NCBI GenBank assembly: GCA_965205015.1
Contig: OZ242029.1
Coordinates: 96,001-160,000 of the forward strand
DNA from: Candidatus Poribacteria bacterium
GTDB lineage: Bacteria; Poribacteria; WGA-4E; WGA-3G
Reading direction: 5' to 3'
DNA: 64,000 nt
Part shown: piece after piece, positions 38,868 to 49,085 of the stretch
Layout of the letters: every line of letters starts with the position of its first letter
Numbering within the stretch: position 1 is the first letter of the stretch
Position numbers and translations under genes: made by a program
Notes under the pieces: generated by a model
The model's input: only the letters and a program-made list of their open reading frames with translations
Database searches by the model: none
Told to the model about the DNA's origin: nothing

Positions 38868-39938
38868 GTGCCGCTGCAAAGAATCTCGAATAACGACATA
38901 ACACTAAAGGATACATCCATGCACGCCAATTTTTCTAAATTAAATTCTGGGCTTCCCCGTTATGCGCCGAAAAAAAGACAGCACAACACGCAAGCCTTCA
39001 TTCTCATCATCTGTACTTTATTGCTGCTTACAGGCATAACAACACCGCTATGGGCACAGTTGCCTCCCATCTCACACCTCAGCACTATCCAAACTGCGGA
39101 GCCAGTGGGTAAGGGAGGCTCCAGTACCACGTTCGGACTCTTTCAATATCCCAAAGTGGATTTGCTACCGGACTTCGGGCAGCGGGTTGATATCGGTGGA
39201 TTTGAGGAAACCCATCGCGTCAGCTTGGAGGTTGAGACCTTCCTTATCCCTGTTAAATTCGCTTACGGTTTAAGCGACGAACTCGATCTCGTGCTCGGCG
39301 GCACCTTCTCGACAGGCGGCGTGCGGAAAGTCGTCCACGATTTCTACAATACCGCCACTGAAACCGCTGACGACCCAAACATCAATCGCCGCGTCTACGA
39401 TCAGCCCCTATTCGACGGCAGCATCGGACTCAAATACAACATCAAACCCGACCGGAATGATAATCTACCGAGTATTTCTGTGGGTGGCGACGCGCAATTC
39501 GGGTTCACCGCCGATGATCGCCTCAATTCAGACAATGAATTCCTCGACCATAGCCCTGCCGACGGGTTTCCGTTTGTCGGAATCAATACCTATCTCGTCG
39601 GCACACAAAGATTCGGCAGCCTTTTTAAACTCCACGCCGGTGTCGGCGTCTTCTTGACATCAAAGGCACTCAAAACGACCGACTTTTTTACACTCAATTG
39701 GCAAGTCGGCGGCGAGATCGCTGTTTCAGACAATATGTGGTTGATAGCCGATTTCTCGCGCGAACTCCCGTATGCCGGTATACACGTGACAAACCTCATC
39801 GGGATGGGATTCCGCTATGAAATATCGAATACGCTTGCGTTCCAACTCGGATTCAACACCCAACCCGGATTTCAGTTTAACCTAACGTTCGGCGGCGAGG
39901 AAACACAGGCATTTGAAGGTGAAAACTTGCTCTTTTAA
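38868..39938 (+). CDS. Putative outer-membrane beta-barrel protein (start uncertain)
   Basis: Signal-like segment ending LWA, amphipathic beta pattern, C-terminal Phe. Confidence 0.6.
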   Translation: MPLQRISNNDITLKDTSMHANFSKLNSGLPRYAPKKRQHNTQAFILIICTLLLLTGITTPLWAQLPPISHLSTIQTAEPVGKGGSSTTFGLFQYPKVDLLPDFGQRVDIGGFEETHRVSLEVETFLIPVKFAYGLSDELDLVLGGTFSTGGVRKVVHDFYNTATETADDPNINRRVYDQPLFDGSIGLKYNIKPDRNDNLPSISVGGDAQFGFTADDRLNSDNEFLDHSPADGFPFVGINTYLVGTQRFGSLFKLHAGVGVFLTSKALKTTDFFTLNWQVGGEIAVSDNMWLIADFSRELPYAGIHVTNLIGMGFRYEISNTLAFQLGFNTQPGFQFNLTFGGEETQAFEGENLLF

Positions 39939-39966
39939 GCAATTTTAAGAAACAATTTCAGGTTTT

Positions 39967-40052
39967 GAGGAAGGATAGAAGCGGAGGAAGGGTGGAAGAA
40001 ACACCGTGTCCGCTATGTTCCACCCTTCCAATCTTCCAACCTTCCATTCTAC
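39967..40052. repeat. Inverted octamer-repeat element (GGAAG.. / ..CTTCCA)
   Basis: gaggaaggatagaagcggaggaagggtggaa ... ttccacccttccaatcttccaaccttccattc. Confidence 0.7.
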
Positions 40053-40119
40053 TTGTGGCTTCACAGTTTGAATGTTAATATTGAAACTTGCTTAGGATAA
40101 AAAATTGGGAGAACTATTG

Positions 40120-40569
40120 ATGCGAGCAGTTGTTCAACGCGTTAAATCAGCGAGCGTTAAGGTAGACGGCGAACTGGTTTCTGAAATCGGAGCAGGCGTG
40201 CTTGTTTTCCTCGGCGTTGCCCATGACGATACAACCCCAGCGTTAGAATACATCGCTAATAAGGTCGCCAATCTGCGTATCTTCGAGGACGCAGAGGGTA
40301 AAATGAATTGTTCACTTCTTGAAACCGGAGGGGCTGCACTTGTTGTCTCGCAATTCACCCTCTACGGCGATTGCCGCAAAGGACGACGCCCCAGTTTTAT
40401 CAACGCCGCCCGTCCCGAATTCGCAAATGCGCTTTATGAACAGTTCATCACCGCTTTAGAAAAGCTAAATGTCCCAACGCAAGGCGGCACTTTTCAAGCG
40501 ATGATGGACGTCGAACTCATCAACGACGGTCCCGTCACCATCTTACTGGATAGCGACAAACAGTTTTGA
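40120..40569 (+). CDS. dtd: D-aminoacyl-tRNA deacylase
   Basis: [27 protein letters not shown]. Confidence 0.97.
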   Translation: MRAVVQRVKSASVKVDGELVSEIGAGVLVFLGVAHDDTTPALEYIANKVANLRIFEDAEGKMNCSLLETGGAALVVSQFTLYGDCRKGRRPSFINAARPEFANALYEQFITALEKLNVPTQGGTFQAMMDVELINDGPVTILLDSDKQF

Positions 40570-40587
40570 ACCGCGAAGGAGAGAACC

Positions 40588-41559
40588 ATGGCACGGAAAA
40601 TGCGTCTCGGCTTAGGCCAGTTCAGTGAACTCAGTGAAGAACGGCTGAAATTCATCAAGCAACTTGGGGTTGAAGATGTGCTGCTTAACACACCACAACT
40701 CCCCGGCACAGAACGCTGGGAATTTATGGACATCCTTCATCTCCGGACGGAGATAGAAAATGCAGGGTTACGGTTAGCCGCACTTGAAAATGTACCCGTC
40801 TCATTTTACGACAAAGCGATGCTCGGTTTGCCCGGACGCGACGCCCAGATTGAGAACATGGCAACGACGATCCGCAACCTCGGCAAGGCTGGTGTTGAAA
40901 TCTTCGGGTACCACTGGATGCCCAACGAGGTTTGGCGGACCTCCCGAACCACACTGGGGAGAGGCGGTGCTGCGGTCACCAGTTTCGATATGGAGCAGGT
41001 TAAAGACGCGCCTTTAACACACGGTCGTGTCTACACTGAAGACGAAATATGGGAAAATTACGAGTACTACATGAACGCCATACTGCCCGTCGCAGAAGAG
41101 GCAGGCGTTAAACTCGCGCTCCACCCAGACGATCCGCCTGTCGAATCCCTTGCGGGTGTGCCACGCCTGTTTCGCAATTTTGAGGGTTTCAAACGCGGGA
41201 TGGAAATCGCCGACAGTCCCATACACGGACTCGATTTCTGTGTAGGTTCCTGGTCGGAAATGGGACCCGGTGTCACGGACGCGATCCGTTATTTCGGAGA
41301 ACGCGACAAGATTTTTTACGTCCATTTCCGAGATGTGCAAGGGCATGTCCCAAAATTCGCGGAATCCTTCGTTAACAACGGCAACTGCGATATGTTTGAC
41401 GTGATGCGGACGTTGAAAGAGGTCGGTTTTACAGGCTTCATGATTACCGACCATGTGCCACATGTCGTTGATGACACAGACTGGGGACACCGAGGCAGAG
41501 CGTATGCCATCGGGTACATGACAGCATTCCTCGAAATCTTAATGGCGGTCGAGAAATGA
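40588..41559 (+). CDS. uxuA: Mannonate dehydratase family protein
   Basis: KLALHPDDPP, YVHFRDV, ITDHVP, AYAIGY. Confidence 0.88.
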   Translation: MARKMRLGLGQFSELSEERLKFIKQLGVEDVLLNTPQLPGTERWEFMDILHLRTEIENAGLRLAALENVPVSFYDKAMLGLPGRDAQIENMATTIRNLGKAGVEIFGYHWMPNEVWRTSRTTLGRGGAAVTSFDMEQVKDAPLTHGRVYTEDEIWENYEYYMNAILPVAEEAGVKLALHPDDPPVESLAGVPRLFRNFEGFKRGMEIADSPIHGLDFCVGSWSEMGPGVTDAIRYFGERDKIFYVHFRDVQGHVPKFAESFVNNGNCDMFDVMRTLKEVGFTGFMITDHVPHVVDDTDWGHRGRAYAIGYMTAFLEILMAVEK

Positions 41560-42371
41560 AACAATCTGAATGGATTGACACAATTAAACAGGGGGATTGT
41601 ATTCAACTGATGTCCGAAATGCCGGAGGAATGTGTCGATCTCGTCATAACGGATCCGCCCTTCGCGATTGACTTCAAAGCGACTCGTCACAATTACAATC
41701 GGAAAGAGAATCGAGTCCTTCAAGGTTACAACGAAATTGAAGGAAGCGATTATCTTGCTTTTACGCTTGATTGGCTCTCTGCTGCGACGCGAGTGCTAAA
41801 GGATTCTGGAAGCATGTATATCTTCTCCGGTTGGAATCATCTAAAAGACCTCCTGATAGCAATCGACGAGTGTCAGCTGACGACTGTCAATCACCTAATT
41901 TGGAAATATCAGTTTGGCGTTGTTACCAAGCGTAAATACGTAACCTCCCATTACCATTGTCTTTTTTTGTGCAAAAACGATAAAAAACGAAAGTTTTATC
42001 CGTATCGCCGATTTGATAAGGACGCAAAGACTGCAAACGGTGGATCCGCGCACTACAAAGATAAAGAGGATGTCTGGGAAATTAAGAGAGAGTATTGGCA
42101 AGGTGCGGTGAAAACACCAACAAAATTGCCCGCTGAACTCATTGACAAAATCCTTGATTATTCCAGTGAAAAAGGTGATGTCGTTTTAGATCCGTTTTTA
42201 GGTTCAGGACAGGTTGCTGTTGTTAGCAAAATGAAGGAACGGCATTACATAGGCTTTGAGATTGTTCCAGCATATTATGAATTCGCCAGCGACAGGCTTG
42301 AGTCAGGGAAATACTTAATTCAGAAAACAGAAGAAGAACCCGTATGGGACTTATTCAGTAGGGAGACATAA
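41556..42371 (+). CDS. Site-specific DNA methyltransferase (N4-C/N6-A, beta class)
   Basis: DLVITDPPF near N-terminus; VLDPFLGSG near C-terminus; ATGA overlap with uxuA. Confidence 0.93.
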   Translation: MKQSEWIDTIKQGDCIQLMSEMPEECVDLVITDPPFAIDFKATRHNYNRKENRVLQGYNEIEGSDYLAFTLDWLSAATRVLKDSGSMYIFSGWNHLKDLLIAIDECQLTTVNHLIWKYQFGVVTKRKYVTSHYHCLFLCKNDKKRKFYPYRRFDKDAKTANGGSAHYKDKEDVWEIKREYWQGAVKTPTKLPAELIDKILDYSSEKGDVVLDPFLGSGQVAVVSKMKERHYIGFEIVPAYYEFASDRLESGKYLIQKTEEEPVWDLFSRET

Positions 42372-42378
42372 TTTTATC

Positions 42379-43041
42379 ATGGCAAGCCAAAAGATATTTG
42401 AGACAGCTGAAAAATTGCAAATCGCCTCGCGAAACATACCAAAAGTTTGGAATGGCAGAAAGTCTATCCTTGAGATGAAAGAAGGCGGCTCAACACAGTG
42501 GAAACAGATGGAATGGATGGGATTTTACTTTGAATTTTTATGTGAAACCCATTTTAATGGCATAATCGATATGCCCGGCAGGAAATATAGCAATACAACG
42601 TTTGACGCGTTTCGCGAAATTTCGTGGGATTTTAAGGCACATGCCGCTAACACAACAAGGCACGACGTTGTTACAAATGATGTGGAAGCGATAAAAAACA
42701 CGCTTGATGATTATGGCTACTATGGAATCATTCTCGCAATCGGTGAAGTAGAATACAATGATGAAGAAAGAACTTTCAAAAGGTGGCATGACGAGCTGAA
42801 AGAGGGCATCAGCAAATATGAAACAAATAGAATCAATAGAGGTGCGATGTCAAGGCGACGTAAGACAGAGTTTATTTTATCGGAAATTCACTTTATCTGC
42901 TTGGATACGGAAAGGTTAGATCAATGTAGTAGTTTATACCATCAGGGTAGAAACTCCAACGGTAAGCCAAGACCACCAAAATATAATGTCAATATCCAGA
43001 AAATTCCCGATTCTGCACTGATTGCTACTCAGGAGTTCTAA
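42379..43041 (+). CDS. Putative type II restriction endonuclease (PD-(D/E)xK)
   Basis: 7 bp after the MTase; GFYFEF..TFDAF..WDFKAH pattern; AT-richer. Confidence 0.65.
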   Translation: MASQKIFETAEKLQIASRNIPKVWNGRKSILEMKEGGSTQWKQMEWMGFYFEFLCETHFNGIIDMPGRKYSNTTFDAFREISWDFKAHAANTTRHDVVTNDVEAIKNTLDDYGYYGIILAIGEVEYNDEERTFKRWHDELKEGISKYETNRINRGAMSRRRKTEFILSEIHFICLDTERLDQCSSLYHQGRNSNGKPRPPKYNVNIQKIPDSALIATQEF

Positions 43042-43125
43042 CAAATACGGCTATATCAAATCAACGGTGTTGATGCGATTTCGTCCATATTTCTTCTAAT
43101 AGGTGTTGCTGAAAAGGAGTAAAAA

Positions 43126-43914
43126 ATGGCTCAGGTCGTTCCCTTACGATACGACACGGCTTTCAAGAAAGCGTTCGGTCAACCGGATATCTTCTGTCAA
43201 TTTGCCGAAGATGTCTTAGGCATCAAATTCCATACCGATGAGGTGCATCGCGGCTACAAATTCCTTGAACCCATTGGGCAGGTTGATATTGAATATGATT
43301 TGTTTGCCGAGGATACGGAATCCCGTATTGTGGTTGAGATACAACACGTCAAAGAGCGACACTTCTACGACCGTTTCCTCTATTATCATCTTATCAACCT
43401 CGTCGAACAGGTGAAAAACAGCAAGGCGTATCAGTTCGATCGGACGGTTTACACGATTGTTGTCTTAACGAGTCCGTATAGTGAGAACGAAATAGACTTC
43501 AGTGTGGCTATCGCGGATTTCAACCCGGTCAACGAATTTAGCCGGAAAGTCAATGTCTATCCGCATCAACTCGTGTTTGTGGTCCCGCGGATGGTCAACG
43601 ATAAGACCCCACCGGACATCAAAACGTGGTTGGAACTCGTGTTGGATTCTCTGGACGGAGAGATGGACGCAAGCGACTATAACTCCCCGATTTTTGAGAG
43701 GGTGATTGATGCGGTTAAATTGGACAACATCTCGCCTGCAGAACGCAGGGTCCTGAAGGATGAAGAGTCTTGGGAAGATACCTTAATAGATACAAGGCAA
43801 CAGGAAAAGATTACCATTGCTCGCGCCCTGATGAGCGAAGGCGTAAGCACCGAAGTCATCGCAAGAGCAACAGGCATTCCAGAAACAGACATCGAAAAAC
43901 TGAGAGAATCGTAA
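43126..43914 (+). CDS. Rpn/PD-(D/E)xK nuclease-like protein (transposase_31/PDDEXK_2)
   Basis: YDTAFKKAFG, YDLFAED, VVEIQ, RFLYY; C-terminal IARALMSEGVSTEVIARATG. Confidence 0.85.
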   Translation: MAQVVPLRYDTAFKKAFGQPDIFCQFAEDVLGIKFHTDEVHRGYKFLEPIGQVDIEYDLFAEDTESRIVVEIQHVKERHFYDRFLYYHLINLVEQVKNSKAYQFDRTVYTIVVLTSPYSENEIDFSVAIADFNPVNEFSRKVNVYPHQLVFVVPRMVNDKTPPDIKTWLELVLDSLDGEMDASDYNSPIFERVIDAVKLDNISPAERRVLKDEESWEDTLIDTRQQEKITIARALMSEGVSTEVIARATGIPETDIEKLRES

Positions 43915-44007
43915 ATCCCAAGGCGTGCTTCCAATTCCCTTCTTCCGTGAATAAACAGGGCAACACGATGGGTTTCTACGGTAAATTCTAAAAATAAATA
44001 GACATCT

Positions 44008-44034
44008 TGTAGGGGCTGCCCTTGTGGCTGCCCG
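44008..44034 (+). repeat. GTAG REP-like palindrome
   Basis: gtaggggctgcccttgtggctgcccg. Confidence 0.55.
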
Positions 44035-44108
44035 CAACGCACCGGGCGCAATGTTCAAGTCATTCTAAAATCTACCATAAAAACAACGATACACAGCGAG
44101 GTACCACC

Positions 44109-45749
44109 ATGTACAACAGACCCCCAACGATCGGCGAATACCTACTCAGAAAATTGGAAGGCTATGACATTGAACACATCTTCGGCGTCCCCGGCGATTA
44201 TGTACTGCGATTCTATGACCTCATCGAACAGAGTTCAATTCAGCATATCGGTATGACCCGTGAGGATGCAGCAGGCTACGCCGCCGATGCTTATGCCCGG
44301 ATAAAAGGCATGGGTGCCGTCTGTGTTACCTATTGCGTCGGTGGGTTATCCATGGTGAACGCTGTCGCAGGTGCCTACGCCGAGAAATCCCCCGTTGTTG
44401 TTATCAGTGGTGCCCCTGGCATCAGAGAACACGGAAAAGACGCACTCCTTCACCATAAAGTCAGGGATTTCCATACACAGCAACGGATTTATGACGAGAT
44501 AACCGTCGCAACGGCACTCCTTGATGAACCTTTTACCGCCTTCAATGAAATCGATCGAGTGCTTGATGCCGTCTACCGCTACAAACGTCCCGGATACATT
44601 GAACTCCCACGCGACATGGTGGATGTCCGCGGCACGCTTTACCAACGTCCTTCAACCGGCGGACACCTCAGCGATCCGGAAATATTGGATGCCGCCGTTG
44701 AAGATGCGATTGATTTCATTAACCACAGTAAAAGACCCGTCATTCTTGCGGGCGTAGAACTCCACAGATTCGGCTATCAGAACAAACTCCTCAGACTCAT
44801 AGAAGAAAAACGGATTCCAGTGGTAGCAACGCTTCTTGGAAAGTCGGTGATGCCGGAATCCCACCCGCTCTACTTGGGGATATACGAAGGGGCAATGGGG
44901 AGACAGGAGGTCCGACAATTTGTTGAAGATTCGGATTGTGTGATCATCCTCGGCGCATTCATGACGGATGTGAACCTTGGAATTTACACCGCAAACCTCG
45001 ATCGAGCACACTCCATTTACGCCACCTCGGAAAAAATTACAGTCCGTTACCACAATTACGAAGAGGTGATGTTTGACGATTTCATTGACGGTCTCCATTC
45101 ACCGAAACTCCGAAGGCGCCGGAAACCGAATTTGGGGTGGGCATCTCCAGATACCGAACCGTTTCAGGTCGAACCCGGCAAACCTTTAACAACCCGCCGA
45201 TTGTTCCAGCACCTCAACGAATTCATAAACGACGAACTGACAGTTATCGCTGATGTCGGCGACAGCCTCTTCGGGGCAGCGGAGTTGCGCATCCATCAAC
45301 ACACCAACTTCATCAGTCCCGCCTACTACACCTCAATGGGGTTTGCAGTGCCGGCATCCGTGGGCGCGCAACTGAGTATGCCCGACGCGCGGTGCCTCGT
45401 TATCGTCGGAGATGGTGCCTTCCAAATGACTGGCACCGAACTCTCAACGACCGTCCGTTACGGACTCAATCCCATTGTGCTTGTACTGAACAATCACGGA
45501 TATGGCACCGAACGGCACCTCCTTGACGGTCCCTTTAACGACATAGGATGCTGGAACTATAGTGCTATACCGGCACTGTTCGGTACAGGACGCGGCTACT
45601 ATGTCCGAACCGAAGGCGAGTTCGACGAAGCCATTAAAGCCGCACTCGCCGAAACGCAACACTTTACCCTGATTGAAGCGGAACTCGACAAATTGGACAC
45701 GTCACCGGCACTCGCTCGCTTGGCAGAACGGATGTCCGGGAAGATCTAA
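44109..45749 (+). CDS. Thiamine-diphosphate alpha-keto acid decarboxylase (indolepyruvate/phenylpyruvate decarboxylase family)
   Basis: IFGVPGDY, AYAEKSPV, LLHH, GDGAFQMTG..LNNHGY; start ATG 44109 behind GAGG. Confidence 0.92.
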   Translation: MYNRPPTIGEYLLRKLEGYDIEHIFGVPGDYVLRFYDLIEQSSIQHIGMTREDAAGYAADAYARIKGMGAVCVTYCVGGLSMVNAVAGAYAEKSPVVVISGAPGIREHGKDALLHHKVRDFHTQQRIYDEITVATALLDEPFTAFNEIDRVLDAVYRYKRPGYIELPRDMVDVRGTLYQRPSTGGHLSDPEILDAAVEDAIDFINHSKRPVILAGVELHRFGYQNKLLRLIEEKRIPVVATLLGKSVMPESHPLYLGIYEGAMGRQEVRQFVEDSDCVIILGAFMTDVNLGIYTANLDRAHSIYATSEKITVRYHNYEEVMFDDFIDGLHSPKLRRRRKPNLGWASPDTEPFQVEPGKPLTTRRLFQHLNEFINDELTVIADVGDSLFGAAELRIHQHTNFISPAYYTSMGFAVPASVGAQLSMPDARCLVIVGDGAFQMTGTELSTTVRYGLNPIVLVLNNHGYGTERHLLDGPFNDIGCWNYSAIPALFGTGRGYYVRTEGEFDEAIKAALAETQHFTLIEAELDKLDTSPALARLAERMSGKI

Positions 45750-45790
45750 AGACGGGCGATAAATCACCCCACTACGAACCAGCGCGTTTC

Positions 45791-46591
45791 CTATAGGGCA
45801 GCAATTTTTTCCCGCAGGAAATTTGTACAAAAAGGCACCTGTTCTTCCGACAGCCCGTGTAACACAACCGCACCGTCATAACCGCTCTCCTTTAGCAGAC
45901 CGAGATACTGATCGTAGTCCAGCAACCCTGTCCCAGCGGCGAGGTGGCCCGCCTCTCCATCGCGGTCCAAATCCTTCGCGTGTGCCAAGGCAATATCGTC
46001 CTTAAGGAGTGCGAACGCCTCATCAAGGATCTCACGCATCTTCGGGAGTTCACCTTTGTGGAAGACATTCGCGCCGTCCATACAAACTTTCAGATAGGGC
46101 GATTGCATCTCATCGAGCAGACGACGCGCCTTCGGTGCCGAATCGATGACGTTCGCGACTTCAGGTTCAAGCGCAAGCACCACCTCATATTCCTCAGCGA
46201 CCTCCAGTGCCTGTTTCATAGATTCAACAAGATCGCGCCACGCCTCCGGCGTATTGTTATCAGGATGCGCCCGCCACATACTGTCCGGATCACGCGAGCC
46301 GGTACAGATCGTAATCACGGATGTGCCCATCGGCGCACACTGCTCAGCGACAGAACGCAACATCCGCAATCCGGCGTGCCGTTTCTCAACATCCGGATCG
46401 ATCATGTTATAGGTGCCTCCAAGTGCTGAGATCGTGATCTGTCGGTCGTCTAACGCCTCGCGAACCTCCGCGAGCGACAGTCCCGCAGGCACATGATATT
46501 GTAAATGATGGACATCGTGTTCCACAATAGCGTCCAGCGTCGCGCCGAGCGTTTTGCGCCGAATCGTCCCGCCCATAAGTCCAACGTGCAT
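45791..46591 (-). CDS. Sugar phosphate isomerase/epimerase (TIM barrel)
   Basis: LALEPE, MDGAN, AHAKD, AAGTGLLDY. Confidence 0.85.
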   Translation of the reverse strand: MHVGLMGGTIRRKTLGATLDAIVEHDVHHLQYHVPAGLSLAEVREALDDRQITISALGGTYNMIDPDVEKRHAGLRMLRSVAEQCAPMGTSVITICTGSRDPDSMWRAHPDNNTPEAWRDLVESMKQALEVAEEYEVVLALEPEVANVIDSAPKARRLLDEMQSPYLKVCMDGANVFHKGELPKMREILDEAFALLKDDIALAHAKDLDRDGEAGHLAAGTGLLDYDQYLGLLKESGYDGAVVLHGLSEEQVPFCTNFLREKIAAL

Positions 46592-46793
46592 AAGTTTCTC
46601 CTGTTAAATAATGATTTGCCGTAGGTTCAGTTTAAAGTATAAAAAACATGATGATTATATAATACAAAAAGTCAGATAGCAAGAAAAAAGAGGACGCGTA
46701 GGGTGGAACACATTCATTGAAAAAAATTACATTTTCCAGTAAATTATGGTATGATTACATCATACAGCAGCATCAGCGGAGGCTTTATTTGCG

Positions 46794-48215
46794 ATGACCC
46801 CAGAAGCAATCATAACCAAAATATGCCATGCTATCGACCAACTTATCGAAAGTAGCGAGTCCTACAAAGGTCTGTTTCCTTCAATTCTGCATCCACAAAC
46901 GGGTGAGATGCTAACGGAGAAACCGACCAAGATTCCGGGGCAACGGGACGGCGACAGAGCACATCTCGGTTCCAATTTGATTCACGATGAGCCACTGCTT
47001 GCCACAATGAACGCACTCGCTGAAAGTCAATCGAAACCGGAATACACCGAAGCCGTTGATCGATACCTGAAGCACTTTGCCCAGAATTGCACGAACACGA
47101 CAACGGGATTATTCCCTTGGGGCGAACACGCCTTTTGGCAGCTCATTGAAGAACGGGTCGGGTGTTCGCGTAATCCGGCGGGTGGCACTGCAATCCACGA
47201 CCATCTACGTAAAGTCCCGCTCTGGATCTGGCAAAAACTGAATACGTTTAATCCTGCCTGTGTGCAGAGTTTCGCCGATGGATTAGATTATCACTGGACA
47301 GCGGGTGAGGGACTTGAATACATACGGCATGCGAACATTGACACAAAAGCGCATCTCGTTCGCGGTGCCCGGGCATGCGATTTCCCACGCCATTCAGGCT
47401 TTTACATCTTCGATCTGGCGTTCGCGTATACCCAAGACCCACGTCCTGAAATCCGCCAACAGCTGCAGAACTATACCAACTACTGGTGGGAGAAACGGGA
47501 TACGCGCGGACTTTTACGGATTGAAAGCCGCTCACCGAAAGCCGCTGACCGGTTTTTTGAGAAGAACGCGCCGACACAGACGTTCTCGTTAGGAGTTAGC
47601 CTACTGGAATCCGCCGCGCTGATAGAATCGCTCCTACCGGAATTGGCAGCCCAGATGCGGCAATACGGCTTAATCTATATTGACGGATTTCTCGCCGCAC
47701 CGCACAACCTTGAAACCCGTGAATTCATCAGTCTATGTGAGTGTGAAACGAATCGGATTTTTGAGCGGATGTCAACGTGGGGGAGCGTTTATGGTGCAGG
47801 AACCGTATGCAGCACAGCAGTGCTGTGTCTCGGTGGATGGCGATTGACACAGAATGAGAAGTTGATGGAATGGGCACGCGTCGTTGGCAAAACCTATCTC
47901 GACGAGAAATTTCCGGTCGATCGCGTTCACGCCGAAGGGTTTAAAATTCCTGCATCCGATGCCGGTCTCACGCTTGCGTTGTTCGCCGATCTCTACGACA
48001 TCACCGGCGAATCGGTGTGGTTGGAAGGTGGCATTGAATTGGCAGAAACGGTATTGGCGGTCTATTTTCCAGAGACACTCCCCTTCGGTGCCTCCGGGAT
48101 TGACTGGTATGAGTCGCAGATGGGAGCCGCCTACCTAATTCACGGCTTAGCACGCGTCGCACTACTGGCACTTTCCCGAAAATGCCCACTCGCGCCTAAT
48201 TACACAGCACGATAG
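46794..48215 (+). CDS. Hypothetical protein, probable alpha/alpha-toroid carbohydrate-active fold
   Basis: 473 aa; TGLFPWGEH, DFPRHSG, helical repeats such as ALFADLYDITGESVW. Confidence 0.6.
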   Translation: MTPEAIITKICHAIDQLIESSESYKGLFPSILHPQTGEMLTEKPTKIPGQRDGDRAHLGSNLIHDEPLLATMNALAESQSKPEYTEAVDRYLKHFAQNCTNTTTGLFPWGEHAFWQLIEERVGCSRNPAGGTAIHDHLRKVPLWIWQKLNTFNPACVQSFADGLDYHWTAGEGLEYIRHANIDTKAHLVRGARACDFPRHSGFYIFDLAFAYTQDPRPEIRQQLQNYTNYWWEKRDTRGLLRIESRSPKAADRFFEKNAPTQTFSLGVSLLESAALIESLLPELAAQMRQYGLIYIDGFLAAPHNLETREFISLCECETNRIFERMSTWGSVYGAGTVCSTAVLCLGGWRLTQNEKLMEWARVVGKTYLDEKFPVDRVHAEGFKIPASDAGLTLALFADLYDITGESVWLEGGIELAETVLAVYFPETLPFGASGIDWYESQMGAAYLIHGLARVALLALSRKCPLAPNYTAR

Positions 48216-48229
48216 ACGTATCAATTTAC

Positions 48230-48260
48230 AAAAGTAGTAGGCACACGCCGTGTGCCGTAA
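48230..48260 (+). repeat. GTAG REP-like palindrome (family B)
   Basis: aaaagtagtaggcacacgccgtgtgccgtaa. Confidence 0.75.
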
Positions 48261-48308
48261 TCGTAGGCTTTACTACATACAAATTCCATTACAAAAGAAA
48301 GGTAAATC

Positions 48309-49085
48309 ATGTCAAGAATACCGATCGGTTTAGAATTGTTCTCCGTCCGAAACGAATTAGCAGAAGATGTCCGCGGCACGATAAAAGCGGTCGCCGAGAT
48401 GGGATACGAAGGCGTTGAATTCGCCGGTCCACCGCAACACTCCGCACAAGAATTGAAAGGCTTGCTCGATGAGTTCGGCTTGGTCTGCTGCGGTTGGCAC
48501 ACCCCCTTCAACCTCGTCCAAGAAGACACGCTTGATGAAACGATTGAATTCAACAAGGTCTTGGAAAACCCGTATGTCATTGTTCCGGGTATTCCGGGAG
48601 AGCTCCGTCAATCGCGAGCGGACTGGTTGAAATTAGCGGGTATTTTCAACGGCATCGCCGATAAACTCGCCGCACACGGTATGGTGACGGGATACCATAA
48701 CCATCACGTCGAATTTTCGCCGTTGGATGGCGAACTGCCGTGGGATACCTTCTTCGGTAATACCAACGAAGGCGTTGTGATGCAGTTGGATATGGGCAAC
48801 GCGTTATCTGGTGGTGCGGATCTCATCGGCATTCTGGAGAGATACCCAGGCCGCGCCGGCACCGTCCATCTCAAACCTTACACCGAATCACTGGGGGAGA
48901 CAGACAGACACGCCGGTTTCCGTCCTGTTATCGGTGAGGACAGTGTACCGTGGGAGGAGATTTTCCGAGTCTGTGAAACCACCGGCGGCACGAAATGGTA
49001 TATCATTGAATATGAAAGTGATGCCTTCCCACCGCTTGAGGCTGTCGAACGCTGCCTGAGTGCCCTAAAGGAGATGGGAAAATGA
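48309..49085 (+). CDS. Sugar phosphate isomerase/epimerase (TIM barrel)
   Basis: GYEGVEFAG, GYHNH, QLDMGN, VHLK, YIIEYE. Confidence 0.88.
   Translation: MSRIPIGLELFSVRNELAEDVRGTIKAVAEMGYEGVEFAGPPQHSAQELKGLLDEFGLVCCGWHTPFNLVQEDTLDETIEFNKVLENPYVIVPGIPGELRQSRADWLKLAGIFNGIADKLAAHGMVTGYHNHHVEFSPLDGELPWDTFFGNTNEGVVMQLDMGNALSGGADLIGILERYPGRAGTVHLKPYTESLGETDRHAGFRPVIGEDSVPWEEIFRVCETTGGTKWYIIEYESDAFPPLEAVERCLSALKEMGK

Noticed and set aside
43126-43914. Active IS element
   Set aside because: Rpn-family gene with no terminal inverted repeats or target duplication seen.
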